A stretch of DNA of 64,000 nucleotides from the human T2T-CHM13v2.0 reference genome, Homo sapiens, in NCBI GenBank assembly GCA_009914755.4, contig CP086569.2:17600001-17664000 (forward strand). Direction: 5' to 3'. Both the position numbers and the translations under genes were made by a program. Under the pieces are notes generated by a model. It searched no databases and was not told where the DNA came from. It saw nothing but the letters and a program-made list of their open reading frames with translations. Of this stretch, positions 14,251-27,792 are shown piece after piece (within the stretch, counting starts at the first letter, position 1; every line of letters starts with the position of its first letter).

Positions 14251-15142
14251 TTGCTTACTCAAAAAAATTATAATTCTAATTTTATTATGTTTAAATATAA
14301 AAATGTTTGTAAATGTATTCTCAAGTTGAAAAAAGTAGGCATTTCATTTCTCAATTTTATCTGTCAGTTTTCTTTCTTTTTTCTTTTTCTTTTTGCTTGC
14401 TTTTTTACTGGGATACCATAGTTGTACACAGTGTAGGGGTACATGTGTTGTTGTTTTGATACCTATATGCAATGTGTAATGAACAAATCAGGGAAATTGG
14501 GGTATCCATTTCCTTAAGCGTTTCTTTTTTCTTTGTACTGGAAGCATTCTAATTTTCCCCCACAGCTATTTGAAATGTACAAAAAATTATTGTTAACTAT
14601 AATTTCCCTGCTATACTATCAATTATAAAAACTTACTTCTTCTAACTGTATTTTTGAATCCCTTATGCAACTTCTCTTCACAACCTCTGGTAACAACCAT
14701 ACTGCTATGTAGCTTCATTATCTTCAGGGGATCCACTTTTTTAGCTCTAATATATAAAAGAAAACATGATGTTTGTCTTTCTGTGCCTGGCTAATTTCTA
14801 AGTGATCATGTTATCAGACTAAAATTACATCAATGGCAAGTTTAAGAAAGATGTAAAAGAGAAAAATAAGATTCATTTATATTAAAGTCAGATTTTTAAA
14901 ATTAGTACATTTTTATTCAAATTTAATTTAGTGATCTGTGAGACATTTAAATGTTTAAATTACACAATTTTATACAAAGCCACTAGCATAATACATTTAA
15001 GTAAATTTAAATGAATTTGATTTAAATAAATGTGTTATACTAGTCTGTAATACATACTTCATAATTACTGTACTCTTATATTGATGTCAGAAAGAAAATC
15101 TTCATATTTGATGTCGAATATAATATCTATGTTTTCCACAAA

Positions 15143-15449
<307 letters not shown>

Positions 15450-15837
15450 TAAATTTCTAAAGTTTAATGCTAAATAAATTCATATGTTATGTTTAGCATT
15501 GTAATTAATGTGGAAACAACTAATAAATACTAATAAAAATTTAATTACACAATGAGGAATAGTCTCTAGACAGAGCTATGTTTCCTAATACAGTAGACAT
15601 TTGTTGTATAGGCTGTTTAATATTGGATATAAATTAATTAAAATTAAATTGAGTATCAAACTCAACAGTCACAAAGCTACAAGTCAAGTACTCAATAGCC
15701 ACCTTTTGCAAATGGCCACTATACTGAATAATGCCAATGAATAACATTTTTATCCTCACAAAACATTAAAATAAACAGAGCTGATCTAGTTAATAGAGAT
15801 TGTTTGTGGCTACTTATTAAACTTTCACCACCAACAA

Positions 15838-15872
15838 CACACAGAAACACACACACACACAAACACACACAT
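15838..15872. repeat. Imperfect (CA)n microsatellite
   Basis: 'cacagaaacacacacacacaaacacacacatcc'. Confidence 0.85.
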
Positions 15873-18800
15873 CCTTGGTTTGACAGATGTTATGAGAATG
15901 TAGAGTTCCAACCAATAAAGGGTCTTCAATTACACATGCTTCTCAAATTAAAATGCAAACAAAATATGAATGAATTGTTTTTATTACAGAAGCAAAGATA
16001 CTTTGAACACAGTGAATTCCATTTGTGATTAGTATAAGGCAATATTTATTCAAATTTTTGATTGCACAGAACAGTATAATTATTAAAATGGAAAACAAGA
16101 CAAAGAAATAGGCTTCTATTTTCCTCATTCAGTACATAAAAAATACCCATATATTCTGCTTCATTCGAATTTCATAATGCAAATATTTTTGCTAAAATTC
16201 AAGAGAGAATAGCCTTGTTAACAAAACACAATTTTAGAATAAAGGAAATTCCTTTTTTTCTTGAATGTATTTGGCTCACTGTAAGCCAAGAGTACTAAAT
16301 GGAAAACTCATTTGTATTGTTTCCATATAGACATGTAAGTTTCTCATTTTGTCTCATTTTAGAACATTGGCTTTTTTATGTTCTCACTATCCTGTTCAGA
16401 TATTACAAACCTGGTGTCGTCATTCCTGAGAATTTGCTTGAAAAAAAAAGATGATCTTTTGTTTCTTCTGCCACTACCTTTTAAAGTTTGGGGAAAATTT
16501 TGAGATGAATTTTAGAATGATAATCATTATTAACCTACCAGTCATATGGTTATCAAAATTTGACTGCCCTACACAAAATCTGCTAGTCTGTAATACTGGG
16601 ATCTTAAGAGAAAAAAATGCCCGGTGTTTTGCATCTATGGGTCACACATCTCATACATTCTCTTTGAAATTAATATTAGAAAACCATGATTTCTTATTAA
16701 ATTACAAAAGTCTAGCAGAAATCATATTTTACATGCAAAAATTATTTGCAGACCAAATAAAATGGAAAATTACTTTGGACTGTGAATTACCTCATTTCAC
16801 TGTTACAACAATCATTATTTCATGCAGATCAGAAACTGAGGAGCAACTTTCTTATATAGATGTAAAATAGGAAAATATGGTTTCAATATAAAATATTTGG
16901 AAAAATCTTTTAAAACATTGTTTATAGAGAGAAATATTAATTATGAGGCTTTTTCCACTTTATTGTGGAAATACCATCTAATCCATTAGTCTTTATTTTA
17001 AAAAATAAGTTACAAATTGCTCATTTTATTATGGTGTCTTGTCTACTTTGATTCATGGTAACTTTGCTCTGAATCTACCTTGTCTAACATTCTTTCGGCC
17101 ACTACATAGATTTGAAACATCCTGTGGAAAGAGGACAGGAGAGATCAATGGGCTATGCCCTGCAAGGTACTCACTTTCTGGAACTCCAACTCAATAAAGA
17201 GTTTTATAGAGAGGTTTTTCTTGGTCGTTTTTCTGTCTTTGTCTGCAGAATAGTTTCAAAGGTCAGTCTTGCCACAGGTCTAAGCCAAGAGAGATGGGAA
17301 GGAAAAAAGAAGAGACTATCATGAGCAGTGCAAGGTCAGAGATTACCTGGTCCATGCATGTGTCTTTCCACAAGGTTACAGTTTTACTGATGTATTTCAA
17401 TTCCAAAAGCCACAAGACACATGTTCCCAAGGAGGGAATTCTCCTTAGTATTTCCTTCTTCTAAGAAGAATTGAAATTCTTCTTAGTATTTCAGTGGTAA
17501 GAACTGCAGGCACACAGGCTCAAGTAACTCCCAAAGCCAGTCAATACTGCAAAACCATACATAGCATCATATTTAACCAGTACATCAAATATTATAGATT
17601 AAACATTCCACAACAAATGATGTAACATTCAACATCAAGAGAAAGGGGATAGGAAAAAGAGTTAAACAAACTAGTCCATGGAGAAAACATAGACTAAAAG
17701 AAGATGCTGGTTTGGCCTAATCAGTCCATCCATTTTGCAAGGAAGAAATTTTAAAATGGACAGAGCCTTTGCTAGCAGATGTCAGGTGCTTATTACACAT
17801 TACCACAAGATGGTGACTGATAAGACAACCATTTCAATCTGTAAAGTCCTGCCATTTATGTGGCCACAGTGTCCTCTGGTGAGGACTGATAGTGGAAGAC
17901 TGTGCTTAGTTATGTCCTTATGAGGTTGGGTGCAGTCTTTATTGATTAGGCAAGACATCTGGTCCCTGTTGCAAGGTGCCTTATGAAATGCAAGATTTAG
18001 CCTTTCTTTAAGATGGTGCAACTTATATCAAGGGTACTCTATACAGAGCCCATTGCTCTTTGAGTTCTGATTTTCCTCTCTAATCTGATGGCTACTATAC
18101 TTACTGCAATCCACATGTTATTGCCTTGTATGTTCTGCCCAAGCTTTGATTTGTAAACAGAAGCAAACTTAGTGTGGAACATGCTTTCTTCATCCTAACC
18201 AGGGCAGCTTTGCCAATTCTGTTCTGCTTGGACTTTTTTCATGCCTCAAAGAGCTCTGAAAGAGCTTATTCATCAAATACTTATCTCCAGACATTGAAAA
18301 TGGTTTTGGACTCCTGGATTAACCTGGAATTCAATTTTGAGGGGGTGGCCCATTGCTGAACTTCAAATGGAAATTCTCCAAAATGACATCAAAGTCATCT
18401 AATCTTTGTATTGTTCACATTTAATCCTATGTGTGAAAACATAATTTATAAATAAACTATCTCTAACCATAGCGAAAGGCCAATTTACTGATTTGTTTTT
18501 AATTTTTTAAGGTCACCAACAAACTTCTTTCTTGGACTCCATTTATTTTGCCTTCATGTGTCTATTTTTGAGCTTCAGATGCTAATAAGTCTGTAAAGTA
18601 TTCTAGATTAAATGATAAAGATCACATTATCCAATCTCTGTTCAAATGTGCCTTTTGCCTTTTATTATCCCTAAATAATAATGAGAAATTTTGGAAATCA
18701 AATGTATGAAATATGCCCTCCACCTCTGAAAGCAAGATGGAAGACTGGGCTTGATCACCAGATTGGCAAAGAAATTGGATATCATCAGTGTGACAGCAGG

Positions 18801-19990
18801 TCAGCTTCAAACAGAGAAGGTGAAGACCAGCACATGAGGCAGTGCTAATGGTTTTAATCAAGGGACATTACACTGTGAAGATAAGAGTCAAAGAGGCAAC
18901 ACAACACAAGCCTGCTGTCAGCATATTCCATATACATTTATACTTAAACATCTTAATCTGTCCCCTTTCCTTTAAACACATGCCATGGATTTCTAACAGA
19001 AATGAATTTTTGGAAGATTTCTTTATAGCTATTATTAGAAAGATGCAATGAAGACGGGGGATTGTGATTGGCAAGTCCTCCCAGACCTTTTGGAAGTAAA
19101 ACATCTGTGCCACTTGCCAGAAAATGTTGGCTGGTTTTTCATCAAAACATGTGCAGCTACAGTAGGTATTGGAAACCCTGCCAGGCAACACCTGCAGACT
19201 GCAACAGACTCACCCTCATGTACTTTAATAAGATGTCTTTTGTTATAAAACTGAGATTCCATTTTGCAAGCCTGGCCTCTGACAAAGTGGAAAATTGGTC
19301 TTGGAAGTGTCTCTTTTCTCCCACCTGGAGTTGTTTTCAGGGGTTGTTAATATCTAAGAGCCTATTACTACTTTCAGTGATTCCTGCACAAAACTGTTGT
19401 GCAGGTTGTTGCCAAATTACCCCTCCAAGGTAAGTGCTGCAAATGCATCTGCAGTTCTCTTCAGAGATATTCGTCAAGGACATTATCTGTTCTCTCAGAA
19501 GTCCTCCATCCTGTCTTAGGTTATGATGGGCAACTAGAACACACCGAGAAGAGTCAAGATCAGACTCTGTTGGTCTTATCCAAAGCCTTGGATGGTCCCA
19601 GAACTCTGAAAGGATACCAGTGGTTCAGCAGCTCCTGGTCTCTTTGTATGTCATTTATTTTTCAATTTGGTGACTACACAGACCAGTAGCACCAGTGTGA
19701 ATGCTGGAGGAGCCATTGCATTTGAGTCAGATAGCAGGAGAGAAGGGAACCTGGAGAATGCCGGCTGGACTAATTCCTTTAGCAACCCAAATATTTATCC
19801 TTGCACAAGTAGCAGATTCCTTCTTGGTGTGCAGTTCCTAGGCATCCATGCATATTTGCGCACAGTTTTGCTCTTTTCTTAGGTAACACCACAGTTTATT
19901 TAAAGCAGTTGACATCCTGACTCTGAAACATTTGAATAAGTCTGGTTTATAAATGCTTAAATTCTACAGCTCACTAAATTGTTAATGATG

Positions 19991-20436
<446 letters not shown>

Positions 20437-21141
20437 CTATAGGTATATTTATTTAGCTAATTGTAGCTTGGCTACTACATTTTAAAATGAGTGGTATAGC
20501 TTAATTTTTTTTAAAGAAGCCATTTAATAAAATGTATCTGCTATGCATTAGAAATAAAGTAGACATTTTATAATATTATGCTACACAAAACCTGAAACAA
20601 CATGTAAAACAGGAGTTATTACTTGAGTCTCCCATTTTATAAACAATGCATACATACTTAGGAAGCCTAGCCATGTTTATTTTTCTTTTCAGATCCTGAA
20701 CAGTGGAGCTGAAATTAAAACTGAAGACTTACTGATGCTAGACCCACTTTGTCCATTATATTTCCAGAGTATTTCTTTAATTCCAGAGTATTTCTCTAAT
20801 TCTTTAATTAGAGGTGCAAAAAGTGAGGGCTGGTAAGAGTTCTCTTTGCTCAGTTAAAACCAAACAGAAATGAAAACTGAAAAAGCTATGTCCTAAAGTA
20901 TTATTTGGGAATTCACTTTGTCTTCTGAAATTATTTCTACGTAAATTTCCCCTTAAATCTTCTGTTTATTGTAGGTTAATTACAAGATTTTAGTTGGAAT
21001 TTAATTATGGTTGCTAAGAACTTAACCATTAGTAGTGTCGAAGGAACTTCTAGACATCTTTTCCTCTGAATAAACACTGACAACCCTGAGGAATGTAATG
21101 ATGTTAGAAAAATATGTTCTGCCGCATTAGTAACTCCGCCT

Positions 21142-21447
21142 GGCTGGGCACAGTGGCTCACACCTATAATCCCAGCACTTTGGGAGGCCAAGGCAGGCAG
21201 ATCATGAGGTCAGGAGATCACGAACTTCCTAGCTAACACATTCAAACCCCATCTCTACTAAAAATACAAAAAATTAGTCCAGCGTGGCATCACATGCCTG
21301 TAGTCCCTGCTACTCAGGAGGCTGAGGCAGGAGAATTGCTTGAACCTGGGAGGCGGATGTTGCAGTTACCTGAGATCCTGCCACTGCACTCCAGCCTGGC
21401 CCACAGAACAAGATGCTGTCTTAAAAAATTTGAAAAATAAAAAAATA
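21142..21447 (+). mobile_element. Alu SINE
   Basis: 'ggctgggcacagtggctcacacctataatcccagcactttgggaggccaaggcaggcagatcatgaggtcaggagatcacg...cactgcactccagcctggcccacagaacaagatgctgtcttaaaaaa'. Confidence 0.93.
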
Positions 21448-22461
21448 ACCAACCACTATGCCACCTAGACTCTATTCTAGAAACCTCTCACAAAATTTTT
21501 TTAATAGCCTAAACCTGGAAAATGTCACAAATTTTTCCCTCCTAGGGCTGAACATATGTCATATTTCTTTCTCCTGGGTCTCCTGACAGCTCAATAATTC
21601 CAAAGTTTCAGAATTTACAACAGCATCTGAAGAGTGAATTTTATTTTCTAATGTTGAGGGCATTTTTATCTTGTTTTCTTCCTCACCAATTTAGTGTTTG
21701 AGCTGAATCATAAAATTTGCCTTGTACATAACAGGAATTCAAATACTTTTTTTAGATGCCAGAGAATTCCAGAATTAAGTTTGATTTTAACTTTCATCTA
21801 TCCAAACCTATAATTAATGAATCTCAGAAATGCCTGTACATAAGAATTCCCTGAGGGAATTTTACAAAATACAGACATCTCAGGTCCACTCTTAGAGATT
21901 CTGAGTTAATCAGTCTAGCATGGGGATTTCTTGAGAGGGGCATTACAGACAAGTATTCTAAACTCCTTTCTACTACTTAATAATAAGCAAAGTTGTCAAA
22001 GAGCCAACATACTACTTTACTGGCTGAATCAGCAAAAATTATTCAAACATTGCTCACTTGACACATCCAGTTAGAGCAGGTGGGAGGAGATGAAATGTGG
22101 TACTTTAAAACACAGTTATTGAAATATACCTCTAAGGGTTTTAGATATTATTCTTTCTGTAAGCAAATATTATTGTAAATATTCATCCTTCTTACAGAAA
22201 GATTCTGCTTTGTATACATTATCAGTTTAAGGTTTACAGTGACTTGATGTTGATGGCAAGTTGTGATTTCCATTCTGTATGTTGGGAAACTGAGGCTGAA
22301 AGACATAAAGTAACTTCTTAAAAGAGTATAAATGTTTGTATTTTTCAGTATTCCCTAGAAAAACAGAATCAATAAGATATAGTTATATACCTATACATAT
22401 AGATATAATTTTAAAAGATACATCTCTATATTTATCTATCCATCAATATATTTATTATAAG

Positions 22462-22758
22462 GGGCCAGGTACAGAGGCTTACACCTGTAATCCCAGCACT
22501 TTGGGAGGCTGAGGTGGGCAGAAGGCTTGAGCTCAGGAGTTCAATACCAGCATGGACTACATGGCAAAAAACCATCTTTATGAATAAATAGAAAAATTAG
22601 CCAGGCATGTGGTGCATGTCTGTAGTCCCAGCTACTTGTTTGGGGGAAGGGGAAGGTGGAGGATCTCTTGAGCCCAGGAGGAAGAGGTTATAGTGAGCCA
22701 AGATCATGCCACTGCACTTCAGTTTGGATGACAGAGTAAGGCCCCCTCTCAAAAAAAT
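22462..22758 (+). mobile_element. Alu SINE
   Basis: 'gggccaggtacagaggcttacacctgtaatcccagcactttgggaggctgaggtgggcagaaggcttgagctcaggagttcaa...gccactgcacttcagtttggatgacagagtaaggccccctctcaaaaaaa'. Confidence 0.93.
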
Positions 22759-22799
22759 ATTTATAAGGAGTTAGCTCATTTGAATATGGAAGCTGAGAA

Positions 22800-23210
22800 G
22801 TGCCATAACCACGTGTCTCCAAGAAGTAGACACTGGAAAGCCGGTGGTGTAGTCCAAAGATCCAAGAGACAGAGGACGATGGTGCAGATTCCAGTCTCTT
22901 CTGAAGATCTGAGAACCAGCAGCACAGAGGGCAGATCAATGTCCCAGCTCAAATAGGCAGAGTTAATTCAAACTTCTTCCACTTTTTGTTCTATTCAGTC
23001 CTTTAAGGAATTAAGTGAGGCACACTGACATTGGGGAGGGAAACCTATTTTTTGAATTGACCAGTTTAAGTGTGGATTCCTTGTGGAAACACCCTAACCC
23101 TCACAGACACACTCAGAGATAATATTTAACCAGCTATCTGTGCACCCATAGTCCAGTGAAGTTGATAAATAAAATTAACCATAACAATGCTGAATTCTCT
23201 ATAGAGAATT
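22800..23210 (+). repeat. Ancient interspersed repeat fragment (uncertain family; related motifs at 9590-9780 and 44666-44815)
   Basis: '...cagtctcttctgaagatctgagaaccagcagcacagagggcagatcaatgtcccagctcaaataggcagagttaattcaaacttcttccactttttgttctattcagtcc...cacactgacattggggagggaaacctatttttt...aacaccctaaccctcacagacacactcagagataatatttaaccagctatctgtgcacccatagtccagtgaagttga' resembles a common old consensus, but I cannot name the family. Confidence 0.35.
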
Positions 23211-23967
23211 GGAAAACTAACATCTCAAAATGAAATGGTTAAGTATCAGGAGACAGCAACACTACAAAAAGTAAAATAAGTTTGCTTAGAAGAATGCTCA
23301 GATGGCACCAATTACTTTATGCATAACATGTGTTTCTGATTGCAATGTTTTTAGCCCAGAGGTAACTGTATCACTTATACTATAACACATATACTGTATC
23401 TTTATATGTTGAGATTGGCTGGTAATTCTGAAAGTGCTGGGAAAGTCAGAAACAGATAATGCAACAGAAAAAATAATGTCAGAAAGCAAAATAAAAAAAA
23501 ACTGAATAGTTTCTTCTTTATAGATGAAGTGTGAATGGTATTATATTCATATTTATAATAACATCAATGACTAGCCTCACCAATAGTAAGACAGCAGTGA
23601 GATTATTGATTGAGGATCTGGAATATGCCAGATCAACCTTAGATATATAAACTACTAGATATCACTCACCTTATCCAACCTGGAATAGTATTGCCTATGA
23701 GATTCAAAATTACAAAAAATTAAATTAGTCTCAAATGCCCACTATGCCCTGCAATGTCTCAAGGACTCTCTCGTCAGAAAAGGGACATACATGGTTTGTT
23801 TTCCACCTCTTTTACTACCTCATTTATTCATACTACCTAATTCTTTCTGTCTATTCTTGGTTATGTCAGTTTACCACTCGCCCAAATTATTTCTTTTCAA
23901 CAACTCATGTGTCTTTCCTTGGCATAAATATGGTTGACCCAAGACTGCTTGGCAGATATTGGAAAGG

Positions 23968-24036
23968 GCTTTGCTATACATATATATATATAGATATAGA
24001 TATAGATATATAGATATAGATATAGATATATATATC
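23968..24036. repeat. (TATAGA)n / (TA)n compound microsatellite
   Basis: 'tatatatatatagatatagatatagatatatagatatagatatagatatatatat'. Confidence 0.95.
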
Positions 24037-24500
24037 CCCACAACAAGGGTATTAATATTGATTACTTTACATGCATGAGTGCAAAGTTATATTCTCCATT
24101 TTAGCTACTTTGCCTTTCTGTTGCATCCCAGATCAAGTTGGTGGTAATATCTAAAAATATCATCCAATTACTATCCTTTCTTTGAAAGAAGCTGTCCTCT
24201 CCTCTCTGTTGTAGCATCAGTATTGGGCAGAATTTTTCCTCTCCTTTCTTGTTATGTGAGTAATCTAAGTGTTTTTTTTCCATAAATCTCATTTGAAAAT
24301 ATTATTCTTCTCTTTTTCCAGATAGGAAATGGAATCTGGTAAATAATATAATGACTTGCTCAAAGTTATTCAAGCAACTGTAACACTGGGAAACAAATCC
24401 ACAACTCCCTGACTCTACTCTCTTCCTCTTTCTGCTGAACTTGTTCAATGACTGAGAAAAGGAAGAGGACAATTGTACTGTTCCTGGTTGTTGTTGTTTA

Positions 24501-24789
24501 TTTTCTTTTTTTTAAGATGGAGTCTTACTCTGTTGCCGGGCTGGAGTGGCATGATCTCGGCTCACAGCAACCTCCGCCTCCCAGGTTCAAGTGATATTCT
24601 CCTGCCTTATCCTCCTAAGTAGCTGAGACTACAGATGAGGGCCACCATGCCTGGCTAATTTTTTGTATTTTAGTAGAGATGGGGTTTTACCATGTTGGCC
24701 AGGATGGTCTTAATCTCCTGATCTCTTGATCTGCCCACCTTGGCCTTCCAAAGTGCTGGCATTACAGGTGTGAGCCACCAAGCCCTGCC
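24501..24789 (-). mobile_element. Alu SINE, antisense
   Basis: 'ttttcttttttttaagatggagtcttactctgttgccgggctggagtggcatgatctcggctcacagcaacctccgcctcccaggttcaagtg...ccaaagtgctggcattacaggtgtgagccaccaagccctgcc'. Confidence 0.93.
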
Positions 24790-24931
24790 TGTTCCTAGTT
24801 GTTTAACATCTGTGTAGTCCTGGATTTTGATCAATGATTTTGATCCAAATGTGTTTGTCTCCAAAGGTCCTGTTGTTTCTACTAAGTTACACCCTTCTTC
24901 TGTTGAAAAAATAGAGTGTGCCAATATGGCA

Positions 24932-24964
24932 TACACACACACACAAATACACACACACACAAAC
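24932..24964. repeat. (CA)n microsatellite
   Basis: 'acacacacacacacaaatacacacacacacaaaca'. Confidence 0.9.
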
Positions 24965-27489
24965 ATATTCTTAGCATTTGATCTGGCAATCAAAGTCTTA
25001 GATATTTAACTTAAAGAAATGATTACTTATGTTCAAACAAAAAATTATTGTTTACATGATTACAGGTATATTCCTAACTGCAAAACTGAAAGCAATGTAA
25101 ATTTTCAACTGGTGAACAGATAATTAGATTGTGATGCAGTCAGACATTGAGATATTTCTCAACAATTAGAAAACAAACATAAAAAACACTGGAGCTTAAA
25201 TAGCGGTTTACCAGCAGTGCAATAACTAGTACTTGCAGAGACCCCGGGTAAATCACCAATGCTTATTTAGGGTGATGGAAGTCAGACTCAAATGTCTACA
25301 TATGGTTTAATTCCCTGTACATGATTTTCTAGAACAGGCAATGCTCTAAGGATAAAAATTTGTTCCATGTTTGCCAAGGGATGTGAGTTGGGAGAAAGTT
25401 TGAGTACAAAGAGGCACCGGGGAACATTTTGAGACAATAAAACTGTTTCCATGTCATAACTGTGGTAACAGTTACCATCAAAGAGTACAAACTCCAGAAG
25501 CATGCACACAAAAATAAATAAATGTAACTACATAGAAAGTACGTATGGATATACTAAGTATGATGTGTTTTAACATTTGATACAATAATTAATTTATAGG
25601 AGAACTTCCTTCATGTTACCAATACTATGGTCTTACTAGATAGTTTGTATCTGTGCTATTTTGCCATAGTATTGTGCCTGTTATTCATTATTACAATTCA
25701 TATTATGCTGAAAGAGAGAAATCTGAAATAAGAAATGACACATTTGTCCAGATGTTTGAATCTTGGTGGATTTTAATGATTTTTGCACAGCCAGCTACTC
25801 TCCTTTGCCTTCTTGACTGCCTTCTCAATCAATGTAACTTGGATTCCTTTTGCCTTCTGCATAAAGTAAACAAGAGGAAACTGAAAAAATGCATTTGATA
25901 AAAGGAAAACGTTATCCACTCTGAGTTTCACCTATACCAGACAATTGAAGTGTGAAAGAAGTGATATTCAGACCCTGGAATCTTTAGTTTTAGTAAGTTT
26001 ATTTGTGTTTTTAAAGTGAATTTCCTGGTTGGAAAAGTACAGTAGATGTGTAGCAAGATAGTTCTTGCTTAAATTAAAATCATAGCAATGTTTTGAGAAT
26101 CTTGTAGAAAATGTTACATTTTAAATAAGCTATTCCTTGGTTTTTGTGCTTTTAATAATTGTATCAATTAGGTATAATTATAAGGGGTCATTCATTATTT
26201 AATATTTTCTGCTTCAAACTCAATGTATTAAGTTCAGTAAAAATTATTCAATGATGCATGAACATTTTGGGAAATGTGGCCAAGAAAATAAAATTGTACA
26301 ACAACCCAAAATTTAAATATCCTTTCATGGTTACTACATAAAACAGTAAAACAATATAATATAATATTATTTGTAATATAATGTATTACATTGAATATTA
26401 TCACAGTTCCTCAGGTTTAATCGTTTACAATTTTACAAAAATAACTCAGTCTTCCAATCATTTCTTTTCCATGTGGAAAACTGTGTCTATTTAACTATTA
26501 TCTTTTTAATACCAATTATCACACACATTTCAGAATTGCATCCACATTTTGAGGCAATATTTTTGCCTTTGCTAGAGATGACGATTGTTTCTCACCCATT
26601 TGAGTGACTATGTGAATGTTTTGAAAGTTAGCAAACTTATCTTACCTTAGAAACTTTTCACACATTTGAGAAATATAATTTCAATATGTCTTCCAAAATG
26701 GGAAAGAAAACTCAGCTGTATTCAACAAATATTACTTTCTTCTCTCCTAAAATCAGGCTGCAGAAATCTTGCATAGTGTAAGGGATATTTAATTGCTTCA
26801 TTGGAGTCTATCACAAACATAAATGTTCTTATCATAGAATTATTTATGTTTCTATAAGAAAAATTATTTATTTCTAATTTTTATTTTCTAGTATATAATT
26901 CACAATATGAATTTCGAAATATAGGAGGGAGAAAAAATTATAATCATGTATATTTTGTTGTGTTTCTTTTAGCTTTTATTTGTATTTGTGTGTTTTGTAA
27001 AATTAACAAGATACACAAGTATATGAATTCGTATGTTTTAATTATTTCATCCAAGATAATGAAAATATTTTTTATTTCATTGATAAGTTTTATTGTTTTA
27101 TTTCAATTTTTTAGAATTATTAGTCCAATATAACATAATAGATATGAATCATTTTCAAAGGGTTGTTGTATAACTGCATAGACTCCTTTTTTAGAATATT
27201 GTACTTTAATGATGTATCTCATTTTGGAAAGCCAAATTCCCTGTTTTTCCTATTTGACCTTTTACGTGATAATCTGTGCATATGCATCTTTCTAGACAAT
27301 TTTGATAGTTCTTTACAGTAGATTCCAGTAAATAAAATTACTATGACCAAATGTAGAGTTGTAAGATCACTGGTTCAGAGTGTTAATGTTTATCCAAACC
27401 TAAAAAAAAAAAAATACATATTAATAATATTGCCAGCAGCATTGAATAAGAATGTCTTGTTGACCTGCCTTTTAGTCATTGCATTGTCT

Positions 27490-27792
27490 TTTATTTATTT
27501 ATTTATTTTTTTGAGATGGAGTCTCACTGTGTCACTTAGGCTGGAGTGCAGCGGCATGATCTGAGCTCACTGCTACCTCCAGTTCCCGGGTTCAAGTGAA
27601 CTTTCCATCTCATCCTCTGGGATTACAGGTGTGCACCACTATGCCTGGCTAATTTTTGTATTTGTAGTAGAGACAAGTTTCATCATGTTGGCCAGGCTGA
27701 CCTCAAAATCCTGAACTCCTGACTTTTAAGTGATACGCCCACCTTGGCCTCCCAAAATGTTGGGATTATGGAGTGAGCCCTCATGCCTGGCC
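27490..27792 (-). mobile_element. Alu SINE, antisense, with a (TTTA)n tail
   Basis: 'tttatttatttatttatttttttgagatggagtctcactgtgtcacttaggctggagtgcagcggcatgatctgagctcactgctacctcc...ggattatggagtgagccctcatgcctggcc'. Confidence 0.92.

Noticed and set aside
16451-16870. 139-aa plus-strand ORF, the longest track ORF outside repeats
   Set aside because: AT-rich, with low-complexity I/L/F/K-rich composition and no recognisable domain, Kozak context or paired splice signals. An ORF of this length is expected by chance in 64 kb of AT-rich DNA. Not a supportable CDS.
19425-19434. Perfect 5' splice-donor consensus 'aag|gtaagt' after a 121-aa ORF
   Set aside because: A single consensus 8-mer is expected by chance at this window size. 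There is no upstream acceptor or polypyrimidine tract pairing and no coding-like composition.
24670-24993. 107-aa minus-strand ORF containing an '…[37 protein letters not shown]' motif
   Set aside because: This is the well-known translation of Alu sequence (Alu at 24501-24789) fused to the adjacent (CA)n repeat. Not a gene.
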